This document shows positions 25,726-35,599 of a DNA stretch of 61,708 bases, one piece after another. The notes below the pieces were generated by a model. It was not told where the DNA came from and did no database searches. It saw only the letters and a list, made by a program, of their open reading frames with translations. Within the stretch, counting starts at the first letter, position 1. Every line of letters starts with the position of its first letter. Source of the stretch: a virus (taxonomy: Duplodnaviria; Caudoviricetes); IMG/VR virus record IMGVR_UViG_3300047457_001340, positions 1-61,708 of that record, one strand, 5' to 3'. The position numbers were made by a program, and so were the translations under genes.

Positions 25726-26352
25726 ATGCTTGTTAGTAAGGAGATGACAGAAATGGAAAACGCAAACAATATTACCGAATCCAAAAGAGCCCAAGCCACC
25801 AGAGCAAGCATTCTTGCAAGCGTCAAGAAAATCACCGAGCCTAAGGGCGATACTGTTGTTCTGAATTCCTTTAAAGAAAAGGCCGATGAGCTGAATGAGC
25901 TTTTTGCCCTGTCTGAGCTTCTGGACATAAAGAAGGCTGAGCTGAAGGAGGAGATTAAGGCTCTGCGCCGTGGTGATGAGTATTCATCGTCCTACGCTTT
26001 AGTGGGCGAGTCCACCCCCGGTGTGTCTATTGCTTTCTCTGACAGCGGGACCATAAAAGAGGCTGACATACCCCTTTTGAAACAGCTCACTGGGGACAAC
26101 TTTGGAAACTGGTTTACGGAAGAACGGTCTCTTGAGCTTAAGGGACTGTCTGCTGAGGCCACTGACAAGATAGTGGCGGCCCTCATCGGTGTTCTTGGGG
26201 TTGATGGTTTTAAGAATGCTGTGAATTACAAAGTCCAAGCCACCACCAAGAAAGGCTTTGATAAGCTTCAGTTCAACCTGAGCAATGAGATCAAATCGGT
26301 CATCAAGATGCGGGAGCCCACAATCTCCTCCGCTAAAAAAGACTACAGATAA
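25726..26352 (+). CDS. Hypothetical protein
   Basis: 208-aa ORF, divergent from the helicase; start may be a downstream ATG after AAGGAG. Confidence 0.7.
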   Translation: MLVSKEMTEMENANNITESKRAQATRASILASVKKITEPKGDTVVLNSFKEKADELNELFALSELLDIKKAELKEEIKALRRGDEYSSSYALVGESTPGVSIAFSDSGTIKEADIPLLKQLTGDNFGNWFTEERSLELKGLSAEATDKIVAALIGVLGVDGFKNAVNYKVQATTKKGFDKLQFNLSNEIKSVIKMREPTISSAKKDYR

Positions 26353-26383
26353 TCATTAGTTGAGCGCATCGGTATGATAGAGG

Positions 26384-26833
26384 GTGAGAAAGATTCTTGC
26401 CCTCTTTTTTTTATATTCAACACTGACATATGCCGATGAACAGTCCACTCTTCGGGTGGGTGCCATGGACAATGACAGGCTGGTCACATTTGGGGCTCAA
26501 TCCAACCTCATCAGCGATTACATCTATACCAACTGGGAAGTGGGGACCTATTATAGCCCTTCCATGAGGTCTTTTTTGGGGTTCTATGGCGGTGGGGTGC
26601 GGGTGGATGCTGGTGACATTCTTGCTCAGGTGGGCATTGCCCTTGGTGGAATCACAAGCACCGATGAATACCTTGGGGGGCATCTCCAGTTTACTGAAAA
26701 CCTTTTCTTGGGACTAAAAAGCCACCGTGATGCTGCCCTCGGGGCTTTCTTTAAACACATCAGTAGTGGCGGCATTTCAAGCCCCAATCTGGGGAGAAAC
26801 TTTGTTGGGATTGAAATCAGAATCCCCCTGTGA
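26384..26833 (+). CDS. PagL-like lipid A 3-O-deacylase (outer-membrane beta-barrel)
   Basis: Signal peptide, alternating beta pattern, LGG.LQF.E and KHISSGG...PNLG.NF motif. Confidence 0.75.
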   Translation: MRKILALFFLYSTLTYADEQSTLRVGAMDNDRLVTFGAQSNLISDYIYTNWEVGTYYSPSMRSFLGFYGGGVRVDAGDILAQVGIALGGITSTDEYLGGHLQFTENLFLGLKSHRDAALGAFFKHISSGGISSPNLGRNFVGIEIRIPL

Positions 26834-26839
26834 GGCAAT

Positions 26840-27271
26840 GTGGAATTGAAAATTAAGAAAATGAGAGAAAATGCGAAAGTGCCGACCTATGCAAACCCCG
26901 GAGATAGTGGGTTTGATTTCTACTCTGCGATCGATGCCACCATCGCACCGGGCAAGACCATCATCATCCCTACAGGCATTGCATTTGAGGTCCCGGTGGG
27001 GTACGAGCTTCAGGTAAGAGCGAGGTCCGGCCTATCAGCCAAAACTATGCTGCGGGTAGCCAATGGAATTGGAACTGTTGACGCACCGTTCCGTAATGAA
27101 GTGGGGGTTATCCTCTGGAATGCTGGACAGGAGGAGATTAGCATCAAAGAGGGCGACAGAATCGCTCAGGGCGTTATTTGTCCTGTGGTTCGCGTGACCC
27201 TCGTCGAATCTGAGGAGCTGTCTCTGTCAGAGCGGGGCATGAGTGGTTTTGGCTCTTCTGGTACAAGATAG
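26840..27271 (+). CDS. dut: Trimeric dUTPase
   Basis: SGFD, RSGL, GTVD..FR.E, DRIAQ, RG.SGFGSSG. Confidence 0.97.
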   Translation: MELKIKKMRENAKVPTYANPGDSGFDFYSAIDATIAPGKTIIIPTGIAFEVPVGYELQVRARSGLSAKTMLRVANGIGTVDAPFRNEVGVILWNAGQEEISIKEGDRIAQGVICPVVRVTLVESEELSLSERGMSGFGSSGTR

Positions 27272-27467
27272 CCTCTTCTCGAATCAATTCTTTTGCCCTT
27301 TCTACCGTATCCTTCAACCTATCTTCGTCAATCTTGTGATTTCTTTTCTTGAGTCCCTCAAAGAAAAGCAGGATTGTGATGATATTGTTTCTCTTATGAA
27401 CAAGCCTGCCATTATTGATGTCGCGCAGCATGGCGCATAGCCCACGGATATAGTAGATGTCGTTCAT
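27174..27467 (-). CDS. Hypothetical protein
   Basis: ORF from MNDIYY; 3' end overlaps dut convergently. Confidence 0.4.
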   Translation of the reverse strand: MNDIYYIRGLCAMLRDINNGRLVHKRNNIITILLFFEGLKKRNHKIDEDRLKDTVERAKELIREEAILYQKSQNHSCPALTETAPQIRRGSREPQDK

Positions 27468-27499
27468 GCGGGCAGCTATAAGCCGCCTGCCACGCATCG

Positions 27500-27721
27500 T
27501 CAACCGAAATCTGGCTGCTGACCCAAAAGTTCTTCCACCTTGGGGAAGTGGGCCTTGGCGATGATTCGGTACAGGTAGGGGCTTGGGGAATCGTTGATCT
27601 TCATACAAGCTGCAACCGCATCGACTCTAGTCCTATATTCCCCCACTTTTATCCATCTTCTTTTCCACACAAACGCATGAAATCTGATGTCTTTTTCTTC
27701 CATCCCCCAACCATATCTCAA
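27500..27721 (-). CDS. Hypothetical protein
   Basis: Short ORF in operon. Confidence 0.5.
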   Translation of the reverse strand: MRYGWGMEEKDIRFHAFVWKRRWIKVGEYRTRVDAVAACMKINDSPSPYLYRIIAKAHFPKVEELLGQQPDFG

Positions 27722-27724
27722 TTT

Positions 27725-28411
27725 TCAATTTTGGCAAGAGGCTCTCATGGACATGGCTTGATTGTAATAGTCTGCCGCCCTGCCCTGCGCCATGTTTCCG
27801 GGCGGGGTGTTGTTCACTGCCTCCATCCTCGCCATGGAAAGAAGCCTTTGGGCTTGCTGCTCACAGAGGTTATTGGATGGCTGAGCTTGGGCGAAGCTTG
27901 GTCTTGGGGCCTGAATAATAGTAACAGGCCTCATGCTCTCGATGCGGTCGATCTTTTCATTCACTTCCTGAAGGCCCGCTTGGGTTTCTTCAATGGAGTT
28001 ATTGATCTTCTCAAACCCAGATTTCACCAGCTCCACCAGACCCTCATCTGCTTTTGAGTCCTCTTTGTTGAAGTCTTTCATCAGCTGGATATTGGAGTAT
28101 TTGGCCTTCTTGTCTTTGGGCAAGCCCTTGGTAGTCTCGCAAGACTGGAAATCCACCCCTACAGCAACCTCGGCCTCAAAGCCCTGATCGGTTCTAGAAA
28201 CCTTCTGCTCATAAACTTTGGACTCAGCTGGCGCGACACCGCACTCCACAATAAGATGCCTCACTGCGTTGTTCTGGGCTTCAAGAACAGCCTTGGTGGA
28301 GGTCTTCTGGACGGAGACACCCCGGTAAAGGATGTCTCCACCAACCACTCTGCGGTTTAGATCTTGTGCATTGGCCGTAGCGGCAACGAGCAGAAGGATA
28401 AGAAACCTCAT
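27725..28411 (-). CDS. Secreted/periplasmic protein with coiled coil
   Basis: ATGA-coupled start; signal peptide MRFLILLLVAATANA; paired Cys. Confidence 0.7.
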   Translation of the reverse strand: MRFLILLLVAATANAQDLNRRVVGGDILYRGVSVQKTSTKAVLEAQNNAVRHLIVECGVAPAESKVYEQKVSRTDQGFEAEVAVGVDFQSCETTKGLPKDKKAKYSNIQLMKDFNKEDSKADEGLVELVKSGFEKINNSIEETQAGLQEVNEKIDRIESMRPVTIIQAPRPSFAQAQPSNNLCEQQAQRLLSMARMEAVNNTPPGNMAQGRAADYYNQAMSMRASCQN

Positions 28412-29085
28412 GCTGCCACCTGAGCTTCCTGAGCCGCTTTGGCCACTTTGCAACGGGTGAGAACGGTTTGCTTCACGCCTTGATATTCATCATGCTTTTT
28501 GACGGTGCCCACAATCTCAACCACTTCGCCCTTATCAAGAATAGTGGTGCGGGAGGAGGAGAACCAACGGAACTGATTGCCCTTCTCATCTTCCAAGCCA
28601 TAGAGGGTGGTGACGCCGTAGTGGGTGTGGATGTCCTTGGTGAAAGCCACTTTCACTTTGGCAGTCCACTTCTCACCCACAATACCTTGGTGAGCACTTT
28701 GTGCAAGAAACTCTTTTCTGGCCTCTTCTTTGGCCTTACGCTCATTGAATTGAGCCAAGGCTTTTTTGAGGGCGTTGTGCTGGGCTTCTGAGATCTGGCC
28801 ATACTTCATGATTTTGTAGCGGATTTCACCAATGAAGCCTGCGGTGTTATCATCAATAGCAGCTTCAGAAGGGTTTGCCGCAATCCAGTCAGCCAAGTTC
28901 TTTCTGGCCTTCTCAGCAGCTTTTTTGGCAGCAGTTTCACGGCGCTTTTGAGCAGAGAGGTTCACGCGCACCTTGCCAGAGCCACCACAGGAGAAGCAGC
29001 GGCCACCCTCAATGTGGCTCCAGCAACTGAAAACCTTGGTTCCAATGCACTTGTGGCAATCTCTAATCTCATATTGATCGGCCAT
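28408..29085 (-). CDS. Zn-finger plus OB-fold nucleic-acid-binding protein (probably early)
   Basis: CHKC/CFSCGGSG; C-terminal GTVKKH..Y.G.KQT.L.R OB-fold; preceded by a sigma70-type promoter. Confidence 0.7.
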   Translation of the reverse strand: MADQYEIRDCHKCIGTKVFSCWSHIEGGRCFSCGGSGKVRVNLSAQKRRETAAKKAAEKARKNLADWIAANPSEAAIDDNTAGFIGEIRYKIMKYGQISEAQHNALKKALAQFNERKAKEEARKEFLAQSAHQGIVGEKWTAKVKVAFTKDIHTHYGVTTLYGLEDEKGNQFRWFSSSRTTILDKGEVVEIVGTVKKHDEYQGVKQTVLTRCKVAKAAQEAQVAA

Positions 29086-29108
29086 AGTTTCATCTCCCTT
29101 ATATAAAC

Positions 29109-29137
29109 ACTATAGCAGGATTGACCAAATGAGTCAA
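29109..29137 (-). promoter_or_regulatory. Host sigma70-type promoter
   Basis: TTGACT-17 nt-TATAGT with extended -10 TG. Confidence 0.75.
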
Positions 29138-29206
29138 CAATTATTTTGTAAAAATTACCATTATTAATTAGTTGATTTCAAAGATCAGCCTTCGTATAAT
29201 AATTAA

Positions 29207-30835
29207 ATGAGCGACAAATATCGTGGCTTTGAGGAGCATAGAAAAAAGCTGAGGGAAGAATCGGCCCAAAAGCTGATTGGCAAAACCTTTGGATGGCTAA
29301 AAATCCTTGAAATACGGGCACCTAAGGTACTCTGCCTCTGTGTTGGAGATGGGCCACACAAAGGCGAGGCTGGTACGATTGGGGTATGGAAGCACCGTAG
29401 CGATGTCACGTCTTTAAAATCAACCTCTTGCGGCTGCATGCGAAAGAAGAAGCTAGAGTCTACACTTAAAGAGCAGGGAGTTTGGTCAGACAGGGCTGGG
29501 GAGAGAAATGGTCTTGTTGTGTTAACCAAAAAAATTAACTCCAACACCTACGCCTACCGCTGCGACTGCGGCAACACGGGCGAAGTGAGTCTGCCTAACT
29601 GGATTTCTGGAGACCAAAAGTCCTGCGGATGCTCCACCGTGGAGCTGAGAAAGCAGACTAATTTAGAGAAGTATGGGGTAGAGAACCCCATGCAAGATAA
29701 TGAGATCAAGGATCGGCATAAAGAAACGGTACTTGAGAAGTATGGGGCAGAAAATGTCTTTGCCACAGAGGGGGTCAAAAGGAAAATAACAGAAACCAGC
29801 CTCAAGAAATATGGGACGACAAGCCCGATGAAAAATCGGGAAGTTTCCATGAAAATTACCAAACATGTGCTTTCTAGCGGCGTTTCTGTAAATGAATATC
29901 TTATTAAAAATCAAATCCCATATGCCAATGCACTGAATGTTCTTAAAAACCATGGTGAGGAGGCGTTTCTTGAGTATGTGGAAAGCTACGAAGATAAAAT
30001 AACTTCTTTGGAAATTGCCTTTCAAATTCTTATGAAATCCCACTTCCCGGACTTGGAGCATTTCAATAAAAAACCAGCGCCCGATCTTAATTATCACCCA
30101 GACTTCAAGCTTACAAATGGAGACAAAACTATCTATGTGAACGTAGATGGACTTTATCCTCACTCAATGAAAAACCCCCACATGGACAAACATTACCACT
30201 TTAAGATGAGGGAGGGGTATTCGCAGCGTGGGCTTACGATTTTACAATTTACTGGCGATGAAATGTATTACAAAAAACAAATTGTAAAATCTATAGTTCT
30301 TTCAAAATTGGGAATACATGAAAAAACATACATGGCAAGGAGGCTTAGTGTGGGGAATGTTCCATATCGGTCCGCATATAAATTCTTTGAAGAAAACCAC
30401 CTTATGGGAATGCACGTTGGAGCCTCATCTATTGGATTGTATGATGGAGAAAAGCTAATTGCCTGCATGTCCTACAAAGACAGGGGTGGTTATTTTGAGA
30501 TTTCTAGGTTTGCCACCCTCTTAAATACGCGGGTTCAGGGTGGCTTTAGCAGGCTATTGAGCAAACTTAAACTCATTTCCTCAAGTAGGCTTGGGTGCGT
30601 CAATATATTGTCTTTTTGTGATTTGAGATATGGGTCTGGCGATTCGTATAAAAAGTGTGGGTTTCAGCTAGTAGGAACTACCTTGGGGTGGAACTGGACC
30701 GATACCATATCCAAAAAACTGTATCGATGGCACTGTAAGGCGGGTGGTGGAAAAACTGAGAAGGAGAATGCTCAGGAGCGGGGGCTTTGGAAGATCTATG
30801 ATGCTGGGCAGGCTAAGTTTGTTTTGATGGAGTAG
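29207..30835 (+). CDS. Free-standing homing-endonuclease-like protein (PD-(D/E)xK-like nuclease, KYG repeats, GNAT-like tail)
   Basis: CDCG/SCGC motifs, KYGVEN-type repeats x3, PDF...NVDGLYPH, C-terminal EISRFA...GGFSRLL; opposite strand and AT-rich. Confidence 0.7.
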   Translation: MSDKYRGFEEHRKKLREESAQKLIGKTFGWLKILEIRAPKVLCLCVGDGPHKGEAGTIGVWKHRSDVTSLKSTSCGCMRKKKLESTLKEQGVWSDRAGERNGLVVLTKKINSNTYAYRCDCGNTGEVSLPNWISGDQKSCGCSTVELRKQTNLEKYGVENPMQDNEIKDRHKETVLEKYGAENVFATEGVKRKITETSLKKYGTTSPMKNREVSMKITKHVLSSGVSVNEYLIKNQIPYANALNVLKNHGEEAFLEYVESYEDKITSLEIAFQILMKSHFPDLEHFNKKPAPDLNYHPDFKLTNGDKTIYVNVDGLYPHSMKNPHMDKHYHFKMREGYSQRGLTILQFTGDEMYYKKQIVKSIVLSKLGIHEKTYMARRLSVGNVPYRSAYKFFEENHLMGMHVGASSIGLYDGEKLIACMSYKDRGGYFEISRFATLLNTRVQGGFSRLLSKLKLISSSRLGCVNILSFCDLRYGSGDSYKKCGFQLVGTTLGWNWTDTISKKLYRWHCKAGGGKTEKENAQERGLWKIYDAGQAKFVLME

Positions 30836-30837
30836 CC

Positions 30838-30873
30838 ACAAAAGCAAAAGGCCCGGAGGTTTCCCTCCGAGCC
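30838..30873 (-). terminator. Intrinsic terminator after the major capsid gene
   Basis: GGCTCGGAGG-GAAA-CCTCCGGGCC followed by TTTTGCTTTT. Confidence 0.8.
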
Positions 30874-30897
30874 ATTCACTTTAAATAATATAAACTA

Positions 30898-32364
30898 TCA
30901 AGCTTTTCCGATGTTCTGGATGATACCAGATTTACGGGGAGCGAAGATAATTAAGGTGCCCGCGAGCCAAAGCAAAAATTCTTTGCTAGTGCTGACCTGC
31001 GCCAGATTGATCTTCATGAGAGGAGCCAATTGCTTCCACACCATGATCTCAGGACGCATGTCGAGCATGTATGCCGTTGCGCCGCCTTCAACCTTCTCAC
31101 CGCGATCGGTGAAAACGGTCGAAGCGCCTGCAGCCTTGACGTAGCCGACAAACTTCTTGCCTGCGCCGTTCTTGTCAGAGCGGTACACAGCGTAGTGAGT
31201 CGGAGCAGCGCCGCCAGCCGGAGCGGAGATGGTGACCTTGATGTTCTTGCCATCAGCGTCAACCGTCACTTCGGAGGTAGCAGCGGTAGCAGCACACTCG
31301 CCCTGCTCATTAACAGCAGAGACAGAGTAGCTGTACTTTTCGCCAAGCTTCAGCTTGCTGTCGCCATCGGTGGCGAGAGCTGCTGCTGCAGCAGCCGGAG
31401 CCTGAGGAACGCTTGCGCGGTCGTTCTGGGACTTTGGAGCATCTTTTGGCTTCAAGAAGAGGTTCGGGCGGAGGGCGATCGAGCCTGCGGTCGTCACCAT
31501 CTCACGAACAACATAACCAGCTTTTCCATCAGCAATACCGAGGACGTTCACACGCTCCTTCGGGAAGAATTGCTTAATGAAATCGCTCATCTGTTTCGGA
31601 GCGAGGTGGAGCTGGTCAGGGCGTCCGAAATTCTGCATCAAGACGTTTGCGAGGTCTTCGATGGTGCTTTCGGAGATGATATCACCTTCCATGTCCTTGA
31701 TGATGGAGTCAGCGCCGCCGAAACCATCGAATGCACGGGCCTGAGCCGAGAAGTCACTGTCGCCGGAGCGCAGCTGAACTTCTAAACCACTCAGGTTGAG
31801 GTTCTGCATCTTGGAAGGAATTGCAGAGATTTCGCCGTCAAATTTCCCGTTGTTCGAGAAGTCAGCGTTACCTTTGTACAATTCGCGCTCAAGGCGCTCA
31901 AGCATCCACAGAGTTCCAGCTTGAGATTCACGGCTTTCAGCATCACCTGCGAAAGAGCGAACCAAGGTGGAGGCCAACGAGACACCACGGCGGGTGCTCA
32001 GGAAGACCACCTTCTGTGCATGACGATTGTACTCTGAATCGTTCATGGAAGGGCTCCCGGACTCGGGTACAAAGGCGCTGCCTCCGTCTCCGTAGGAGTT
32101 GGTCCTTACATATTGCTCAACCAAGCTGTAAGCGCGATCTTGAGGGATCGAAGGCCACATGATGAGGTTGGAAGCGTCGTAAGTGACAGATTTCAGGGTA
32201 GAATCGAGGGATTCGACCTGAAGAGCAGCACCGCCAACCAGAGAGGTCGGAGCGCCGAGATAACCATGACCTGCTTGAAGAGTTTTTGCCAGCTCTTCAG
32301 CCTGTCCCATATCGAGAGCCTGTGAATTTACAGCTCCCAATTGCGTGTTGAAATCAGAAAACAT
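30898..32364 (-). CDS. Major capsid protein (SPO1/Twort-like) with Ig-like insertion
   Basis: ELAKT.QAG...GGAALQVESLD..L, QLAPLMK..LA, AP.K..I.N; strong codon bias. Confidence 0.92.
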   Translation of the reverse strand: MFSDFNTQLGAVNSQALDMGQAEELAKTLQAGHGYLGAPTSLVGGAALQVESLDSTLKSVTYDASNLIMWPSIPQDRAYSLVEQYVRTNSYGDGGSAFVPESGSPSMNDSEYNRHAQKVVFLSTRRGVSLASTLVRSFAGDAESRESQAGTLWMLERLERELYKGNADFSNNGKFDGEISAIPSKMQNLNLSGLEVQLRSGDSDFSAQARAFDGFGGADSIIKDMEGDIISESTIEDLANVLMQNFGRPDQLHLAPKQMSDFIKQFFPKERVNVLGIADGKAGYVVREMVTTAGSIALRPNLFLKPKDAPKSQNDRASVPQAPAAAAAALATDGDSKLKLGEKYSYSVSAVNEQGECAATAATSEVTVDADGKNIKVTISAPAGGAAPTHYAVYRSDKNGAGKKFVGYVKAAGASTVFTDRGEKVEGGATAYMLDMRPEIMVWKQLAPLMKINLAQVSTSKEFLLWLAGTLIIFAPRKSGIIQNIGKA

Positions 32365-32392
32365 TGTTTGTTTCTCCTTTTATTTGTGGAAT

Positions 32393-33106
32393 TTACCCAA
32401 TTAAAGCCTTGATAGTAGCCATGTCCTGTTCGGTAGCACGGTTAGTTTCAAAGCGAGTAATCAGGGCAGTTTCCACTGGCTTCCCCGATTTTTTAAGATT
32501 CAAAAGCTTGTCAATCACTTCAGCCTTATTGAGCGACTGGCCTTCTTCCGACTTGCGGAGAGGGGTTAGGCCAGATACGCCCTTGCGGGGCATCGGTGCA
32601 TTGGCAATCTTTTCGATTTTTTCGTTCAGTGCTGCAACGGTCTTAGAAAGGGATTCAATCGACTCACCGAAGGACTTCTTCAGAGCTTCCACTTCTTCGT
32701 TAGTCTTGATTTCTTCTTTCTTAACTTCTTGAGCCTGTTCAGACTTCAAGAGACCGCGACTTTCCATTTGAGACTTCAAGGCTTCAAATTCGGACTTCAG
32801 AGCGTCATCGCTCATTTCTTCCTCTTCTTCTTCCTTGTCGTCTTCCTTCTTATCCTTCTTTTCGTCTTCTTCTTCAGCAGCTTCTTCAGCAGCAGGCTCA
32901 GCAGCTTCATGAGCGGCTGGTTCTGCAGCTTCGTCTTCCTGAGCTTCTTCAGCTTCGGGAGATGCGGCCAAAGGACGAGAAGGATCTTCAGCGTACTGGA
33001 AGTCGTCCATCTTAGACAACTCTTCGTACTCTCTCAGAGCTTCATCCAGCACCTGTTCGATGCTCTTCAGAAGCTCTTCCTTGCTCTGTTTGGTTTCCTT
33101 AGCCAT
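32393..33106 (-). CDS. Scaffolding protein
   Basis: Acidic coiled coil upstream of the capsid gene; many LxKS/KT/KA sites; P.PRK motif. Confidence 0.75.
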   Translation of the reverse strand: MAKETKQSKEELLKSIEQVLDEALREYEELSKMDDFQYAEDPSRPLAASPEAEEAQEDEAAEPAAHEAAEPAAEEAAEEEDEKKDKKEDDKEEEEEEMSDDALKSEFEALKSQMESRGLLKSEQAQEVKKEEIKTNEEVEALKKSFGESIESLSKTVAALNEKIEKIANAPMPRKGVSGLTPLRKSEEGQSLNKAEVIDKLLNLKKSGKPVETALITRFETNRATEQDMATIKALIG

Positions 33107-33130
33107 AGTCGATTTCTCCTAAACTATGGA

Positions 33131-33556
33131 TTAGTTACCGACAGCGCCGAGGCGAGCGTCGTTAGGGATTTCGGTCGTATTTGCGTCGGTCATGTCAGCT
33201 TCAGCAGGTGCTGCGGAAGCGGCGACTTTGAGCGATGCGCAGCCAACGCCTGCGGCAGCTTTAGCAAGCTTTGCCATGCGGACGAGGGATTGATCGTCTT
33301 TCACGATCAAGAAAGCGTCGTGCTCAGGGAGGCCTTCACCTGCCGAGGACGAGATTTCTGCAACGATATTGAAGCCGTTGAACGACTTGCGTTTGATAGC
33401 AGCTAAAGCAACAACGGTAGCACCGTCCTTGATCTCAATCATGGGCTGTCCGTCAGCAGCAGCTTTGGCAGCACAAGTGAGTTCAGGGGCGAGCTTCTCG
33501 ATGTCCTGCTTCAACCTTTTAGCGATTTGCTCTTTGGTATTAGATGCGAGAGCCAT
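33131..33556 (-). CDS. Head-associated protein
   Basis: Between protease and scaffold; codon bias like the capsid gene. Confidence 0.55.
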   Translation of the reverse strand: MALASNTKEQIAKRLKQDIEKLAPELTCAAKAAADGQPMIEIKDGATVVALAAIKRKSFNGFNIVAEISSSAGEGLPEHDAFLIVKDDQSLVRMAKLAKAAAGVGCASLKVAASAAPAEADMTDANTTEIPNDARLGAVGN

Positions 33557-33560
33557 TAGT

Positions 33561-34304
33561 TCACTCCTTATTTATGCTGCCTTTATGGGCAGCGATTATT
33601 GATTTCAGTTGCTTCAAAAGCTGCGGACTCTTCAGAGTTACAACCTCTTGACTCTCCGACATCTCAGATGCTTTACGGAGCAGCTGGCGAGCAACAATCG
33701 CCAACTTCAAGACTTTCTCAAGCGGGCTCTCATCCGATACTTCAACGAAGTCGGGGACAAGGGCTGTTTCGCTTTTAATTAAATCATTTTCCGCGATGCC
33801 AAGAGACTTGGTGATCTGGGTCACTTCGGTCTTTGTTTCGCGATTGCAGGGGTGAACGGTGAGCGCAATGCCTTTGATTAAAGTGCGCTTCAAATGGCCA
33901 TTTTCTCCACGCTCAAGGGTTTTGCCTTCGACAGACACCTTGATGGGAGCGGCTTCGTTCTTGGATTGATAGAATTTATAGATGGAGGCGATTGCGTCGG
34001 ACTCTTTATGTCCGTGGCCATCCCACAGTTCGGCTTTGCACCAAAGGAATGGCTTCTTTTTTTCGCTCCAGAATTTGAGCTGGGATGGGGTGGTGCAGTC
34101 TTCTGCTTTATAGATCTTTTTAGCAGAAAGGACGCGACCAATGAGGTGAGCAAAATCATTGCGATGATCAGAATTGACATAACCCCTGTTCTCAAGGAGA
34201 GGGGAAATATCAGCGCCATCGAGGTCTAATGTCTCGTTGGTGACATCGCGATCTGGTGTAGACGCAATGCATTCGATGATTGTGCTTTTTCTTAAATGGC
34301 CCAT
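33561..34304 (-). CDS. Prohead (capsid maturation) protease
   Basis: IAST..RD...E, NSDH, IG, SVEG, ALT..P.N..T HK97-type motifs. Confidence 0.88.
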   Translation of the reverse strand: MGHLRKSTIIECIASTPDRDVTNETLDLDGADISPLLENRGYVNSDHRNDFAHLIGRVLSAKKIYKAEDCTTPSQLKFWSEKKKPFLWCKAELWDGHGHKESDAIASIYKFYQSKNEAAPIKVSVEGKTLERGENGHLKRTLIKGIALTVHPCNRETKTEVTQITKSLGIAENDLIKSETALVPDFVEVSDESPLEKVLKLAIVARQLLRKASEMSESQEVVTLKSPQLLKQLKSIIAAHKGSINKE

Positions 34305-34365
34305 TATTCATAATTAAACCATGAAAAAGCTAGATTGGATCGGATTGGGGTTTGATTTTGAGGGC

Positions 34366-34662
34366 TTAAGGCTGCTCTACGGGGTCGTCCTCTATGTTCT
34401 TGAGGATTTTTTTGAAGTTGTTGATGATACGCTTCACCTCTGCGTCGTCGATCATGAGTAGTCTGGCAATCCGGTGGGGCTGAACTGGCTTATTGCCATT
34501 GTCCGCTAAGTATTTAAAAACACAATAGTTAGACTCCCTGTCGGCCACAAAGTAGGGGCAGCCGCCCTGACACCCCTTCCTAGCCTCATCAATGGCCTTA
34601 CGGCCCTCTTCGCAGGGGGTTGTGGGTAGGGAGCTTAGCTTTCTAGGGCATCGTGAATCCAT
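34366..34662 (-). CDS. Cys-rich protein with C-terminal HTH
   Basis: CP...C...CP...C plus IARLL...EVKRI..KKI (sigma region 4-like). Confidence 0.55.
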   Translation of the reverse strand: MDSRCPRKLSSLPTTPCEEGRKAIDEARKGCQGGCPYFVADRESNYCVFKYLADNGNKPVQPHRIARLLMIDDAEVKRIINNFKKILKNIEDDPVEQP

Positions 34663-34678
34663 GCCCTGTTATACCGTT

Positions 34679-34963
34679 TTAGCGAACCTTCTTGCGGTAT
34701 TTGCAGGTGGGCCTATCAATACAGAAGTGGTACAGGAACGCTCCGAGGGTTACCTCTTCGGTTTTATTGCTGCATTGGGGGCATTTTCCCGCTATGGCAT
34801 TGCCCTCTTTTTGAGTGTCTTTCTTCTTTGATTTCTTAGGCTTAACTTCTTCTTCTTCGTCTTCATCAAACAACTCGACTGGAACGCCGTTTTTATTCAG
34901 TTCCTTACGGAGCCGCTGATTTTCCCTCTTGAGCTTTTGAAGCTCTTTTTTCATGCGGTTCAT
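34679..34963 (-). CDS. Coiled-coil plus zinc-ribbon protein
   Basis: CPQC...C....C. Confidence 0.6.
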   Translation of the reverse strand: MNRMKKELQKLKRENQRLRKELNKNGVPVELFDEDEEEEVKPKKSKKKDTQKEGNAIAGKCPQCSNKTEEVTLGAFLYHFCIDRPTCKYRKKVR

Positions 34964-35086
34964 ATATTAATGGTAAGGGAAAATGGACAGGCGGGTCCTT
35001 TCCGCTCTAAAAAAACAACAGATCACCATAAGTGCTTGTAATAACATAGGTTTCCTGTTTCGGTATAACTAGGACAGGAGAAGGGT

Positions 35087-35254
35087 ATGAACAGAATTGA
35101 ACGTATTCAGATGATCTTAGAAAGCTTAGAAGAGATTGGCTCGTCTGGAGACCAAAACACCCAGACCCTTGAGTCTTACATCAACCTCACTATTTGCCTG
35201 ATTGGGGAAGCCAAGGGCCTTGTTAAAGAAACCAGTGAGGAGAAGGCCGCTTAA
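35087..35254 (+). CDS. Small hypothetical protein (55 aa, absent from ORF track)
   Basis: MNRIERIQMIL...EEKAA*; AGGAG RBS and promoter motif upstream. Confidence 0.65.
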   Translation: MNRIERIQMILESLEEIGSSGDQNTQTLESYINLTICLIGEAKGLVKETSEEKAA

Positions 35255-35409
35255 GCCTTCTTAAGAGGCTCCTCAAACAGCTCCATCCATTGGCTTTCTT
35301 CTTGAGATTTCTTTTTCTTATCGCAAACGGGGCAATATTTGTCCCCGTCGTCAGTCACAACCATCTGAGTGTCGCAGATAGAGCAAAGCGTTTTTGTTAG
35401 GTTTTCCAT
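35251..35409 (-). CDS. Small zinc-ribbon protein
   Basis: CSIC...CPVC. Confidence 0.55.
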   Translation of the reverse strand: MENLTKTLCSICDTQMVVTDDGDKYCPVCDKKKKSQEESQWMELFEEPLKKA

Positions 35410-35410
35410 C

Positions 35411-35599
35411 TTAGCCAACCTTCTTTTTCCATTGTCTAGCCATGCTTCTGGCGTCATTCGAGATCATCTTAACAAAAATGGTCACTATAAAATAGTCCCT
35501 AAGTGGGACATGAAAATAAGCATTCAAGGCCAATGCCAAACCTGCGTGCATGAGCACAATAAAAATCATGAAAATAGAATCGGTCATTTTACTCTCCAC
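35411..35599 (-). CDS. Small membrane protein
   Basis: Hydrophobic 62-aa ORF in operon. Confidence 0.5.
   Translation of the reverse strand: MESKMTDSIFMIFIVLMHAGLALALNAYFHVPLRDYFIVTIFVKMISNDARSMARQWKKKVG

Noticed and set aside
31030-33406. Long + strand ORFs (251 aa, 225 aa)
   Set aside because: Antisense shadows of codon-biased capsid and scaffold genes; no RBS or motifs
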